Origin: Streptosporangiaceae bacterium
GTDB lineage: Bacteria > Actinomycetota > Actinomycetes > Streptosporangiales > Streptosporangiaceae
NCBI GenBank assembly: GCA_035276345.1
Contig: DATELR010000211.1
Span: 11,991 to 75,990 of the forward strand
Reading direction: 5' to 3'
DNA: 64,000 bases
Shown: piece by piece, positions 26,862 through 36,408 of the stretch
Numbering within the stretch: the stretch's first letter is position 1
Layout: each line of letters begins with the position of its first letter
Notes under the pieces: model-generated
Databases searched by the model: none
Told to the model about the DNA's origin: nothing
Seen by the model: only the letters and a program-made list of their open reading frames with translations
Position numbers and translations under genes: made by a program

Positions 26862-27896
26862 TTAGTCGTTCGGGTCTGAGTCGTCGTCCCTGCGGTTGCC
26901 GAACCTGTTCATCAGCCGCTCCCCGGCGCCGACCGCCGACCCTGCCATGCCGCGGACGGCGCCGATCAGCGGGTCGGCCGAGCGGTTCCACGACTCCTGG
27001 TACGACTTAGCCGCTGACCTGAATTCGTCGCCCACCGATGCGTCGCCGTCAGAGTCGCGGCGCGGGTAGTTCCCGGCGAGGATGTCGCGGTACTCACCCT
27101 CGGCGGCCCAGCGGTCCAGCTCGGCGAAGCGCACGACGGCGAACGGGTGCGTGGTGCCCTGCAGCTGCAGCAGCTTGATCAGGCCCTCGCGAACGTCGGG
27201 AACGGCGTCGTATTCACGTGCCTGCTCCAGGAACGCGTCGTGGCTGAGCTCGGCAAGGTGCGGGCCGCCCGCCGTCTTCATCAGCGCGCGGCGCGCCGCG
27301 GCGACGTCCTGCCCGGCCAGCAGCCCAGCGCGGTCGCATGACAGCTCTGCCTTCCGGTACCACTCCTCCAGACCCCAGATGACGGCCTTCAGGCCGATCC
27401 AGGCGAACGGCACCAGCGCGAGCCGCGCTGCCAGGTTGACCAGGTGGAAGAGCATCGTACGGTAGACAGCGTGTCCTGACAGGACGTGGCCGAGCTCGTG
27501 CCCGATAACGAACCGGCTCTCCTCAGCGTCCATCAGGTTGACAAGCCCCGTGGTGATCACGATGAATGGCTTGTCGGTGCCCAGTGCCATCGCGTTTACC
27601 TGCGGGTTCTGGGTGATGAACAACTCGGGTACCTGCGGCATGTCAAGCACGTACGCGCCGTCCAGCAACATCTGGTACAGGTGCGGGAACTGCTGCTCCG
27701 ATGCGCGGACCGCGCTAGCCAGGAACATCAGCCGCAGGCTCCGGTCGCTGAACAATCCCGCGAGGTTGCGCAGGATGACGTCGAAGCCGGTCAGCTTGCG
27801 CAGCGCGACAAGCGCGGAACGGTCTGCAGGGTGCTCATACGCGCGGGAGCTGATGTCGGGCAAACGAACGCGGGAGCGATCGGGCACAGTGTTCAT
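26862..27896 (-). CDS. M48-family zinc metallopeptidase
   Basis: Has the HELGHVLSGH (HExxH) motif with hydrophobic segments after it. 344 aa. Confidence 0.85.
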   Translation of the reverse strand: MNTVPDRSRVRLPDISSRAYEHPADRSALVALRKLTGFDVILRNLAGLFSDRSLRLMFLASAVRASEQQFPHLYQMLLDGAYVLDMPQVPELFITQNPQVNAMALGTDKPFIVITTGLVNLMDAEESRFVIGHELGHVLSGHAVYRTMLFHLVNLAARLALVPFAWIGLKAVIWGLEEWYRKAELSCDRAGLLAGQDVAAARRALMKTAGGPHLAELSHDAFLEQAREYDAVPDVREGLIKLLQLQGTTHPFAVVRFAELDRWAAEGEYRDILAGNYPRRDSDGDASVGDEFRSAAKSYQESWNRSADPLIGAVRGMAGSAVGAGERLMNRFGNRRDDDSDPND

Positions 27897-28095
27897 GCCG
27901 TCATCGTATGCCCTGCGTTCATGTCAGGGCAGGCTGTCACCACTGTGACCGTTGCAGTGCAGGGCCATTGTTGTAGCTGCATGGCTTTCCTCCCCTTCAC
28001 CGCTATCAGCGCGAAGCGCGCGTATCGACGGCGACAGATAGCATGTGACCCGCCACCAGCGGCAATAGATGGCGCCACAAGGAAGGCCGACGCCC

Positions 28096-29451
28096 ATGCT
28101 GGCAATGCGATCTGACAATGATTCGTCGCCGCCGATGTTCGAGCCTGACGCTGAGGCGCTGCCTGCCGAGCAGCTTGCCGCCCTGCAAACCCGCCGGCTG
28201 CGCGGGCTGATCGACCGGTTGCTGGCCGCAGACGGCCTCCAGGCGGGAAGGCTGCGCGACTCTGGCGTCACCTCCGGCGCGGATGTCGGCCTCGATGATT
28301 TGCCGAGGCTGCCGACCACAGCCAAACAGGATTTGTGGGACAGCTACCCGTTTGGTTTGCTCGCCGTTCCGCGCGACCGGGTCGTGGCCGTTCATGGGTC
28401 CAGCGGAACTGGCGGCCGTCCCACGCTGGTCGCCTATACCAAAGGCGACATCGCGCTGTGGTCCAGGATGTGCGCGCGGGCGCTTGCGGCAGCGGGTGCC
28501 GGGCCCGGGACCGTCGTGCATAACGCCTACGGGTACGGGCTGTTCACCGGAGGGCTCGGCATTCACCAGGGTGCGATCGAGCTCGGCGCGACTGTTGTTC
28601 CGGTGTCCGGCGGGATGACCGCACGGCAGGTCACGCTCATCGCAGACTTGCACCCGGAGGTACTGACCTGCACGCCGTCTTACGCGATCCGGCTCGGGGA
28701 GGCGCTGGCGGAAGCCGGATTGACAAAAGAGAGCGGGCTCTCCCTTAAGGCAGGTGTATTCGGCGCGGAGCCGTGGACGCAAGAAATGCGCTCCAGGCTC
28801 AACGAACTGCTCGGGATCACTGCCCTCGATATCTACGGCCTGTCTGAGGTGATCGGGCCCGGCGTGGCCTCAGAATGCATCGTGGCTGCCGACGGCCTGC
28901 ACGTGAACGAGGACCATTTCCTGGTAGAGACCCTGGACCCGGTGAGCGGCGAACCGGTGCCGCACGGGACGCCAGGTGAGCTGACGTTCACGACCGTGAC
29001 GAAGGAGGCACTGCCGCTGTTGCGCTACCGGACCGGCGACATCGCCGCGCTGCGCTCGGACCCGTGCCCGTGCGGCCGGACACTGGTGCGGATGTCGAAG
29101 GTCATGGGGCGCAAGGACGACATGCTCGTGATCAGGGGCGTCAACGTGTACCCGAGCGAGATTGAGCGCGTCTTGCTCGGCGAGTCTTCGGTGGCATCGG
29201 ACTACCTGGTCGTTGTTGACGAGCGCGGCGGCGGCGGCGACCTGATCGCCTGTTGCGAGCGCGCTGCGGGCTCACCGTCCGGGGACCAACTTCGCGGTGC
29301 TCTTGAACACGGCCTACGCGAGGCCCTCGGCCTCCGGGTCGCGGTCGCGATCGTGCCGCCCGGCACGGTCCCGCGTACGGAGGTAGGCAAGGCCGTCCGG
29401 GTCAGGCGGTGGTCAGGCGGCGAGCCGCCAGTTCCCGGGCTGGATGCGTGA
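28096..29451 (+). CDS. paaK: Phenylacetate-CoA ligase family adenylating enzyme
   Basis: ATG 28096 lies 9 nt after AAGGAAGG. Sequence features are ...[21 protein letters not shown]...[12 protein letters not shown]...[11 protein letters not shown]... The ORF-track start at 28069 is also possible. Confidence 0.82.
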   Translation: MLAMRSDNDSSPPMFEPDAEALPAEQLAALQTRRLRGLIDRLLAADGLQAGRLRDSGVTSGADVGLDDLPRLPTTAKQDLWDSYPFGLLAVPRDRVVAVHGSSGTGGRPTLVAYTKGDIALWSRMCARALAAAGAGPGTVVHNAYGYGLFTGGLGIHQGAIELGATVVPVSGGMTARQVTLIADLHPEVLTCTPSYAIRLGEALAEAGLTKESGLSLKAGVFGAEPWTQEMRSRLNELLGITALDIYGLSEVIGPGVASECIVAADGLHVNEDHFLVETLDPVSGEPVPHGTPGELTFTTVTKEALPLLRYRTGDIAALRSDPCPCGRTLVRMSKVMGRKDDMLVIRGVNVYPSEIERVLLGESSVASDYLVVVDERGGGGDLIACCERAAGSPSGDQLRGALEHGLREALGLRVAVAIVPPGTVPRTEVGKAVRVRRWSGGEPPVPGLDA

Positions 29452-29512
29452 GTCCGGCGCACGGGCAGATCCGGACGACCAGAGGGTTTCTCGCCGACGC
29501 TACAGTCTGTCC

Positions 29513-30115
29513 ATGACGGTCGGGCGCGCAAAGCGGATCGGGGTTCTCGGCGGAACCTTCGACCCCATCCACAACGGTCACCTCGTGGCCGCCAGCGAGG
29601 TTGCGCACGCGCTCGACCTCCACGAGGTCATCTTTGTGCCGACCGGCCAGCCGTGGCAGAAGGAGGACAGGCACCTCTCGCCGTCCGAGGACCGGTACCT
29701 GATGACGGTGATCGCGACCGCGTTCGATCCGCTGCTCACGGTCAGCCGCGTGGACATCGATCGCGAGGGCGAGACCTACACCATCGACACGCTGGCTGAC
29801 TTGCGCGCCGCGCGAGGCATGGACACTGAATTCTTCTTCATCATGGGCGCGGACGCGCTGGCTGGCATCAAGTCCTGGCATAACACCGAGAACCTGTTCA
29901 GCATGGCGCACTTTGTCGGCTGTACCAGGCCAGGCCATCCGATCGACAAGGCCGACCTCCCCGAGGGCGGCGACTTCACCTTGATCGACCTGCCTGCCCT
30001 GGAGATCTCTTCAACGGCGTGCCGTGACCGGGTCAGAAATGGGCGACCCATCCGGTATCTCGTGCCAGATGGTGTCATCGAGTACATTGCCAAGCGCGGG
30101 TTGTACCGGGATTAG
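29513..30115 (+). CDS. nadD: Nicotinate-nucleotide adenylyltransferase
   Basis: Sequence is [27 protein letters not shown]...[10 protein letters not shown]. The ORF-track start at 29444 overlaps paaK. Confidence 0.92.
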   Translation: MTVGRAKRIGVLGGTFDPIHNGHLVAASEVAHALDLHEVIFVPTGQPWQKEDRHLSPSEDRYLMTVIATAFDPLLTVSRVDIDREGETYTIDTLADLRAARGMDTEFFFIMGADALAGIKSWHNTENLFSMAHFVGCTRPGHPIDKADLPEGGDFTLIDLPALEISSTACRDRVRNGRPIRYLVPDGVIEYIAKRGLYRD

Positions 30116-30166
30116 ACGGATTCGAATGCCGGTCGCTCCGGGTGTGGTGTCGGCGGGAGGGCTGGC

Positions 30167-31048
30167 GTGCGGCTCGAAAAGGTTGCCAAGCGCTACGGCG
30201 TCCGCAGGCCGTGGGTTGTCCGCGACGTAAGCATGGAGATCCCGCCGGGCGGCCTCATCCGCTTCGAGGGCAGGAATGGCAGCGGAAAGTCCACCATCTT
30301 GCGCGTCATCGCCGGAGTGTCGGAGCCAAGCCGCGGCGGCGTGACCGGCAGGCCGGTCACCGGGTACGTGCCAGAACGGTTCCCGCCCGCCCTGCCATTT
30401 CCGGCCCGGGACTATCTGTCGCATATCGGCCGGGTGCACGGGCTGCCTGGCAAGGACTTGGAATCGAGGATCGAGACCTGTCTTGACCGGCTCGGCGGAC
30501 GTGAGCTCGGTCCAGTCCCGTTGCGCCATATGTCAAAAGGCATGTGCCAGAAGGTGGCCGTCGCTCAGGCGCTGCTGCCCGGCAAGGGTTTGCTCGTTCT
30601 CGACGAGGCGTGGACCGGACTCGACGTGGAGGCGAAGGCTGCACTGGATGATGCCGTGGCCGAGCGGCTCGCCAACGGCGGGTCCGTCGTGTACGTCGAT
30701 CACGAGCCCAGCCGCCTGACGCACCTGGATGCTGATCGCTGGCGGCTCGACGCCAGCATCGCTAAGCGGATCGTCGCGCCCAGCGGTCCCGTGCCTGCTG
30801 CCGAATCGGGTCAGGAGGCCCGTTCTCGCTCGGGGGGAGCGGTCGTGATCGAGGTGGCTGGCTCGTTGCCCGAGCGCGCGGCCAAACTTCCCGGCGTGAT
30901 CTCGGTGCAGCGTGACGGCGACATTCAGATCGTGCGCGTGGCCGGGACGGAAACTGAAGCTGTCCTGCGGGGCCTCCTGGCTGGCGATGAGGCAGTTCGG
31001 ATTATCCGGGTGAACCGAGAGCGCGACGACGCGGAGGGCGCCTCATGA
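30167..31048 (+). CDS. ABC transporter ATP-binding protein
   Basis: GTG start. Walker A is GRNGSGKST, the degenerate signature is MSKGMCQK, and Walker B is LLVLDEAW. It also has a C-terminal accessory domain. Confidence 0.88.
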   Translation: MRLEKVAKRYGVRRPWVVRDVSMEIPPGGLIRFEGRNGSGKSTILRVIAGVSEPSRGGVTGRPVTGYVPERFPPALPFPARDYLSHIGRVHGLPGKDLESRIETCLDRLGGRELGPVPLRHMSKGMCQKVAVAQALLPGKGLLVLDEAWTGLDVEAKAALDDAVAERLANGGSVVYVDHEPSRLTHLDADRWRLDASIAKRIVAPSGPVPAAESGQEARSRSGGAVVIEVAGSLPERAAKLPGVISVQRDGDIQIVRVAGTETEAVLRGLLAGDEAVRIIRVNRERDDAEGAS

Positions 31049-31734
31049 TCGCGCTCGCTGGCTATCAGCTGTCGCTGCTGCTCAGGTCGTATCGGTGGAT
31101 CCCGCCGGCTGTGCTGTTCGTGGTCGGCGTGATCGGGCTTGGCGGCGCGACGTTGCCGAACGGGGCCGGGCTGAGCGAGGGGCTGGCCTGGTCGGCGCTG
31201 ATGCTTGTCCCGGTTGAGGCGTGGCTGACCAGGTCGATGCTGACAGCCGAGCCGCCCGCGGCGCGTGCATGCGTGGCCGCGGCCGGCGGACCGCGCCGGA
31301 CGCAGCTGGCGGCATTGATCGCCGCGGCTGTCGTCGGCTCGGTCCTCGGGTTGCTCGGCGTCGTGTGGGAGCTCGCGAGCCTCGGCGTGCCGAGGTCGGC
31401 GCTATCTAACAGCATTGAAATCGGCACGCTGGTCAGCGCCGTCGGCGGTGGACTTGCCGCTTCGCTGGTCTGCCTCCTGGTCGGTTCGGCGGTCGCAGCG
31501 CTGCTGAATCCGCCTGTCGTGAGGCGCCCGGCTGCGGCGATGCTCGCCACGACTGGCGCGGTCGTGCTGGCGCTGGCGTGGAATGGATCGCCTGCGAACG
31601 CGGCCGTGCGCAGCGTCGGTTACGGGGCGGAGGAGCAGACCTGGCCGGCTGGTGTCGCGCTGGTGTCGGCTGTCGTACTGGTGGCGTTGGCCTGGTTGAT
31701 TTCGGTACAAGTCGCCGCGCGACGTGATGGCTGA
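31045..31734 (+). CDS. Polytopic membrane protein, probable ABC-2-type permease partner
   Basis: The start overlaps the ATPase stop (ATGA). 229 aa with about 6 hydrophobic helices. I recognised no family motif. Confidence 0.6.
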   Translation: MIALAGYQLSLLLRSYRWIPPAVLFVVGVIGLGGATLPNGAGLSEGLAWSALMLVPVEAWLTRSMLTAEPPAARACVAAAGGPRRTQLAALIAAAVVGSVLGLLGVVWELASLGVPRSALSNSIEIGTLVSAVGGGLAASLVCLLVGSAVAALLNPPVVRRPAAAMLATTGAVVLALAWNGSPANAAVRSVGYGAEEQTWPAGVALVSAVVLVALAWLISVQVAARRDG

Positions 31735-31855
31735 GGTTCGGCAATGTCGGCCTGGCGGGATACCCTGAACATGCCGCTGTGGCGTTCAGTACCGGGTCAG
31801 TGGATCCGGTGGTCCGGGAGGTCGCAGCTTCAGCCAAGGAGGACACGCAGCTCAC

Positions 31856-32248
31856 GTGACTGCCACTGAACGGGCCATCGAGCTCATCAGGATCGCGGCG
31901 ACCGCCGCGGCCGAGAAACTAGCCACAGACATCATCGCTTACGACGTCAGCGACCAGCTGGTCATCACTGACGCATTCCTCCTCTGCTCGGCGTCCAACG
32001 ACCGGCAGGTGCGGTCGGTTATCGAGGAGATCGAAGAGAAGCTCGCGAAGGCGGGTGCCAAGCCCGTCAGGCGCGAAGGCGAGCGCGAGGGTCGCTGGGT
32101 ACTGCTGGATTACCTGGACGTGGTGATCCACGTTCAGCACGCCGAAGAGCGCGTTTTCTATGCGCTTGAGCGGTTGTGGAAGGACTGCCCGCAGATCGAG
32201 CTCCCTGAGGCGGTCACGGCGGGCCGCTCCGTCAGGGACAGAAACTGA
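31856..32248 (+). CDS. rsfS: Ribosome silencing factor RsfS
   Basis: GTG follows AAGGAGG. Sequence features are ...DIIAYDVSDQLVITDAFLLCSASNDRQVRSV...WVLLDYLDVVIHVQHAEERVFYALERLW. Confidence 0.93.
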   Translation: MTATERAIELIRIAATAAAEKLATDIIAYDVSDQLVITDAFLLCSASNDRQVRSVIEEIEEKLAKAGAKPVRREGEREGRWVLLDYLDVVIHVQHAEERVFYALERLWKDCPQIELPEAVTAGRSVRDRN

Positions 32249-32289
32249 GCGCCGGGGAGGCGCCCGCCGCTGATCACGCGGGTCCGGTT

Positions 32290-32991
32290 ATGCCTGTTGT
32301 CGAGCAAGATGGCGGCGCTGAGCGATCGGGCTCGGCCGGAAGCAAGCCTGACTTTGGCGGCCGCCTGAAGCTGTTTCGTCTCGTGCTGTGGCGCCACGGC
32401 CAGACGACGTATAACGCGGAGCACCGGTTCCAGGGTCAGCGCGATGTGGCGCTGAACGCGGTCGGCCGGGCGCAGGCACAGCGTGCCGCGCGGCACCTGG
32501 CCACGCTCTCTCCGGCTCAGATCTGGTCCTCTGACCTGGTCCGCGCCAGCGCCACGGCCGGTTACCTGGCCGAGCTGACCGGGCTTGAGGTTCGCCTGGA
32601 GAAAGACTTGCGCGAGCGCCACGGCGGCGTGTGGGAGGGCCTGACCACCGAGGAGATCAGGCAGCGATACCCCGACGATCTGGCGGCCTGGCAGCCGCCA
32701 GGCGGTGAAACGTCCGAATTCGTCGCGGAGCGAACTGCCGCGGCGCTCACCAGGATCGCGGACCAGTCAGAACCGGGCTCTCTCGTGGTTGTCGTCGGTC
32801 ATGGCGCGTCCTTGACCTGGGGAATGTCGCGCCTGCTGGGCCTGGATGACAGGGTCACCGGTGGCATGGGGAACTGCTGCTGGTCCTTGGTGTCGCGCCG
32901 GGCGGACGGCGGACGCTGGCGGCTGCTCGAGTTCAACGTCGGAGCGCTGCCAGAACCAGTCGAGGTCGCCGAGCTCGGCGACGACGTCTGA
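32290..32991 (+). CDS. Histidine phosphatase family protein (phosphoglycerate mutase-like)
   Basis: Has the RHG motif in LVLWRHGQTTYN, then ...SSDLVRASATA... and ...VVGHGAS. The start may lie a few codons downstream. Confidence 0.85.
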   Translation: MPVVEQDGGAERSGSAGSKPDFGGRLKLFRLVLWRHGQTTYNAEHRFQGQRDVALNAVGRAQAQRAARHLATLSPAQIWSSDLVRASATAGYLAELTGLEVRLEKDLRERHGGVWEGLTTEEIRQRYPDDLAAWQPPGGETSEFVAERTAAALTRIADQSEPGSLVVVVGHGASLTWGMSRLLGLDDRVTGGMGNCCWSLVSRRADGGRWRLLEFNVGALPEPVEVAELGDDV

Positions 32992-33091
32992 GGCCGGCGG
33001 CGGCTCCCTGCGTCAGGCTGGACTTGCGCTAGTTTCTTGTACACTGGCGTGGCGCCGCGACGCGGAAGGTTGCGCGAGTCGGCGCGTCCCA

Positions 33092-33164
33092 GGGGCTATA
33101 GCTCAGCTGGTAGAGCACTTGCATGGCATGCAAGGGGTCAGGGGTTCGAGTCCCCTTAGCTCCA
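33092..33164 (+). tRNA. tRNA-Ala (anticodon GGC)
   Basis: 73-nt cloverleaf folded by hand. Acceptor stem is GGGGCTA/TAGCTCC with the G3:U70 Ala identity pair. D-arm is GCTC-AGCTGGTA-GAGC. The anticodon stem CTTGC/GCAAG carries loop ATGGCAT. T-arm is AGGGG-TTCGAGT-CCCCT. CCA is not encoded. Confidence 0.95.
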
Positions 33165-33208
33165 CCCCAGGTCGGAAGCAGCGGCCGCCTAGGCATGTAC
33201 AGCCTCCT

Positions 33209-34624
33209 TTAGGTCCGGTACGCGACCGTGGTCATGCCACCGTTGGTCCCTACGTTGCCGGTTAGGTACAGGCGGGCGCCGTCGCTACTTTCCGTGATCG
33301 CGACCGGGGAATATCCCATGGCCACGGCGTAGCGTGTCGTCCACAGCACGGTGCCGCGGGCGACCGACCACGCCGCGATGTTGTAGAAGACCCCCCCGTA
33401 CCCGAGGCTGGCGACATACGCCGTGTCCCCGCGCGGGTCGATGACAATCCCGTTTGCGTTAATTGGCGCAGTTCCTGGCACCGCGGCCCGCCGTGCCCAC
33501 CGGGTCGCGCCGTTGCTGGCGTCGTAGGAGGTGATCGCGTACCCGGCGTCCTCGCCAGTCCGGTTCCCGACGAAAATGACGGTCCGGGCATCTGGCGTCA
33601 CGGCGACCTTTCCTCCCCAGCCGCGCGCCCTGTCGGGCTCCATCCACAAGCACTTCCCGGTCGCCGCTCGAAACGCGAACGTGGCGGCGACTTGGTGCCC
33701 GGCCTTGCTCGAGACGTGTCCAACGACGTAGAGGGCTTTCCCGCCAGGTCCGAGGACGATGGGGCCGGGGAAGGCTCCGCCGGCGTAATGGCCTCCGGTA
33801 TGGCGATTCGCGTACCGGGTCGCCCATTTCAGGGTGCCAGTGGCCGTGTAAGTGACGACGAGGAGGGAGAACAAAGAGAACGAGGAGGACAACCGCGCGG
33901 CGGCTTCGCCCGCGACGTAGACCGTTGATCCGTCCGGGCTGACGGCAACGCCAACCGCGGCGCCGGTGCCCGCCCGCTTGTAAACGCGCAACCACCGCTG
34001 CCGGCCGGACGCCGCATCGTAGGCGATCACTGCCACGTACGACCCTCTGCCGGGGACCCGGAAGCCGCCCGCCTCGTACACGGTCGTGCCGTCCGGGCTC
34101 GCGGCAAGCCCGAGCACGTTAACGTTCTTCGAGTGGCTAACCCACAGCTGCCTGCCGGTGCTGGCGGCATAGGCGATGGTCACATTGCCCAGCCCGGTGT
34201 ACACCTGCGCCCCGTCCGGGCTCACGGCGATCTCGAGGCCCTGGCCTCCTCCGAGATGAGGCGGATAGGTATCCGCCCACAGTCGCGCGCCCGTCGCGGT
34301 GCTGTAGGCCACGGTTTCGGATTTCACAGCGGATCCCACATGGCCCAGGACGAACAGCCTCGTCCCATCCGGACTCAGAGCCTCGGCGAACGCGGAGCCG
34401 CCCCGCAGCGTACTGGCCCACAGCAGCCGGGCAGGCGGCACAACCCCGTGCCCGCCTGATTGCGTGATGCTTACTACATGTCTTGCCGCCGTTGGTGCAG
34501 GGCACGATGCGCTGTTCCGCCCCGACGACGAGGGCAGCCGGCCGCAGGACGTGCAGCACCAGGCCAGGCACACCGCGAGCACCGTCGCGCTCGCGACCCT
34601 GGCGCCACGCGAACACTTCGTCAT
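33209..34624 (-). CDS. Secreted/lipoprotein PQQ-like beta-propeller repeat protein
   Basis: Has a signal/lipobox-like N-terminus (VLAVCLAWCCTSCG). A unit of the form SPDG..VY..G....V.AY.A.TG...W recurs about 8 times. Confidence 0.75.
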   Translation of the reverse strand: MTKCSRGARVASATVLAVCLAWCCTSCGRLPSSSGRNSASCPAPTAARHVVSITQSGGHGVVPPARLLWASTLRGGSAFAEALSPDGTRLFVLGHVGSAVKSETVAYSTATGARLWADTYPPHLGGGQGLEIAVSPDGAQVYTGLGNVTIAYAASTGRQLWVSHSKNVNVLGLAASPDGTTVYEAGGFRVPGRGSYVAVIAYDAASGRQRWLRVYKRAGTGAAVGVAVSPDGSTVYVAGEAAARLSSSFSLFSLLVVTYTATGTLKWATRYANRHTGGHYAGGAFPGPIVLGPGGKALYVVGHVSSKAGHQVAATFAFRAATGKCLWMEPDRARGWGGKVAVTPDARTVIFVGNRTGEDAGYAITSYDASNGATRWARRAAVPGTAPINANGIVIDPRGDTAYVASLGYGGVFYNIAAWSVARGTVLWTTRYAVAMGYSPVAITESSDGARLYLTGNVGTNGGMTTVAYRT

Positions 34625-35296
34625 GCTTAGAGGACGCGTGACAGAAGACAATGTTGCGCCGCCAGCCTGTCAGCGGGCAGCTGCAATGGCGGCGTTTGTT
34701 GCCGAACGGCCCGACGCCCAGGCCACCGCTGCACGCCGAGCGTGACGGCGACGGTAATCACCGCCGCAAACGCTGGCCAAAATGGGCCTGCGACGCACTT
34801 TTTGCTCCTAGCCCTTCCTGTCGTGACAACATTTTCACCATCTTATAAGCGCCCACTTTCTCCCGTTTTTGCTAGCCATCACCACGGCCCCGATTCGTAC
34901 TACACACCTTGGCATCAAGATGATCAAGGTCCGTCAAGTCAAGGTCGAGATAGCGCGCGAGCGGTGGAGGGTGAGTGGTGCGGCTGCGTCAGCATCCTCC
35001 GCCGGCATGACGCGGTGCTCGTTCAAGGCGGCTGGGGCCTGGCCAAGCTCATGGATGCCGTCGTCTCGTCGATCCCTGCCGATTACCAGCGCTGCCCTGG
35101 AGAGGCAATAGGAGCTCTGCGCGGTCTGCCCTTCGGGGCACATAACCAAGGACTAGTAACTTTCCTCGTCTACCCGCCGACGACCTCGTCCTGGTCGTCA
35201 AGATCCAGTGGATTGGTGACTAACACGTCGATGACGCTGGCCACCGGGGCGGCTACGGCTGAAGCCAGCGAGCGAATCACGGGACGACGGGCAGGG

Positions 35297-35473
35297 CTAA
35301 CGTCGAGAGCCAGGCCGCCAACGGGGCTTTCCCCAGTACTTGTATGCGCCGATGCCGATGAGAACAGGCCAGATAAGGAAGATCATCCACCACGGCCCAC
35401 TCCAATGCCAGCACGTGGAGGAGTGCGGGTGGCAGATGTGACCATGCGTGAAGGCAAGATGGGTGAGGCTCAT
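35297..35473 (-). CDS. Possible 58-aa His/Cys/Trp-rich single-TM protein
   Basis: Sequence is MSLTHLAFTHGHICHPHSSTCWHWSGPWWMIFLIWPVLIGIGAYKYWGKPRWRPGSRR. GC3 is about 70%, and GCGAGGTG lies just upstream of the ATG. It is not a separate entry in the ORF track; it forms the 3' part of ORF 35297..35725. Confidence 0.35.
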   Translation of the reverse strand: MSLTHLAFTHGHICHPHSSTCWHWSGPWWMIFLIWPVLIGIGAYKYWGKPRWRPGSRR

Positions 35474-35611
35474 GACACCTCGCTTGCTCACCTGCCGCGC
35501 CCGACCGAGCGTCGCGGACCAGCAGGATGCTCTAACGTCCAGACGCGGAGCGCGAGCGCATGGTTGACAATTTCGGGCCATACAGAACTGGTCCGCCATT
35601 AGCATCCCCGC

Positions 35612-36037
35612 ATGGACCCTGCGATCGCTGGCACGTTGATCGGCGGCGGCTTCGCCCTGATTGGGGTTGGTGCCTCGATCTGGGCGACTAGTCGCACGCT
35701 GAAGGCCAATCGAGAGATGGCCCAAGACGAGCGGTTGTGGGAGAAACGCTCAGCGCTATACGAGGAAATACTGGCGATCATTGGCCCCGGCCTTGACCTC
35801 TCGGCGACGCCCCGCGACCTCCAGGAACGCCTGGGGGGACTGCTAGGTCGCGTCTTCGCTTACGCGTCGAGCGCCATTTGGCGCCAGTATCTGGAGACTA
35901 TGCAGACTTTCTCAAATGACGAGTTGTTTCTTCAACAGGAGAAACTCGTCCTCCTGATTAGGGACGCCCAGCAGGGGAAACGACGCGGATCGGTATGGCG
36001 CCTTCTGCACCGTCACCGCGATCTCGGTGATGCGTAG
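35612..36037 (+). CDS. Hypothetical N-terminal-TM plus helical protein (paralogue of 37833..38363)
   Basis: Sequence is MDPAIAGTLIGGGFALIGVGASIWATSRT...EKRSALYEEILAII... It shares architecture and the R..LYEE[IL]L motif with the 176-aa protein at 37833-38363. I saw no clear SD. Confidence 0.5.
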   Translation: MDPAIAGTLIGGGFALIGVGASIWATSRTLKANREMAQDERLWEKRSALYEEILAIIGPGLDLSATPRDLQERLGGLLGRVFAYASSAIWRQYLETMQTFSNDELFLQQEKLVLLIRDAQQGKRRGSVWRLLHRHRDLGDA

Positions 36038-36051
36038 GGTTGAGGTAGACC

Positions 36052-36408
36052 ATGTCGACGCCGTACCGCCCAAGATTCACGGCGAGCAAATTCGAATTTC
36101 GGGGCGCTCAAAAGGTGCGCGACGCGGTCGTCGTGGTCTACGCGAGCATCGCCCAATTCGCGATTGGCGTGGCCCTGATCGCGCTTGGCGCGACGCTGCA
36201 CGTACGAGACGTCGAGCTAGCGGCGCTGGCGGCAGTGCTGGCTGGTGTCGTTGTCCTGCTAGCCGCGATCGGCATGGCAGTAGCGGCGTTCGTACGGATG
36301 TCCGACCCGATCACCTACGAGGTCAAACGGACGGGGCTGCTGGGGCCGCCTCGTTCGGCGGATGGTGCCAGGACTTGTGGCATCCCTGCCCGCAGCAGCG
36401 GACGCTGA
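36052..36408 (+). CDS. Hypothetical two-TM membrane protein (possibly 3'-truncated)
   Basis: ATG follows GAGGTAG, 14 nt after the upstream stop. It has two TM helices followed by ...PITYEVKRTGL. Its stop directly abuts the stop of the convergent LysR gene. Confidence 0.45.
   Translation: MSTPYRPRFTASKFEFRGAQKVRDAVVVVYASIAQFAIGVALIALGATLHVRDVELAALAAVLAGVVVLLAAIGMAVAAFVRMSDPITYEVKRTGLLGPPRSADGARTCGIPARSSGR

Noticed and set aside
34742-35602. 286-aa ORF spanning the gene-poor region after the beta-propeller gene.
   Set aside because: Coding signal is heterogeneous: a high-GC3 patch sits inside low-GC, stop-free filler. The translation has no motifs, and the ORF overlaps a better small minus-strand ORF. 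I treat it as a composite or remnant, not a gene.
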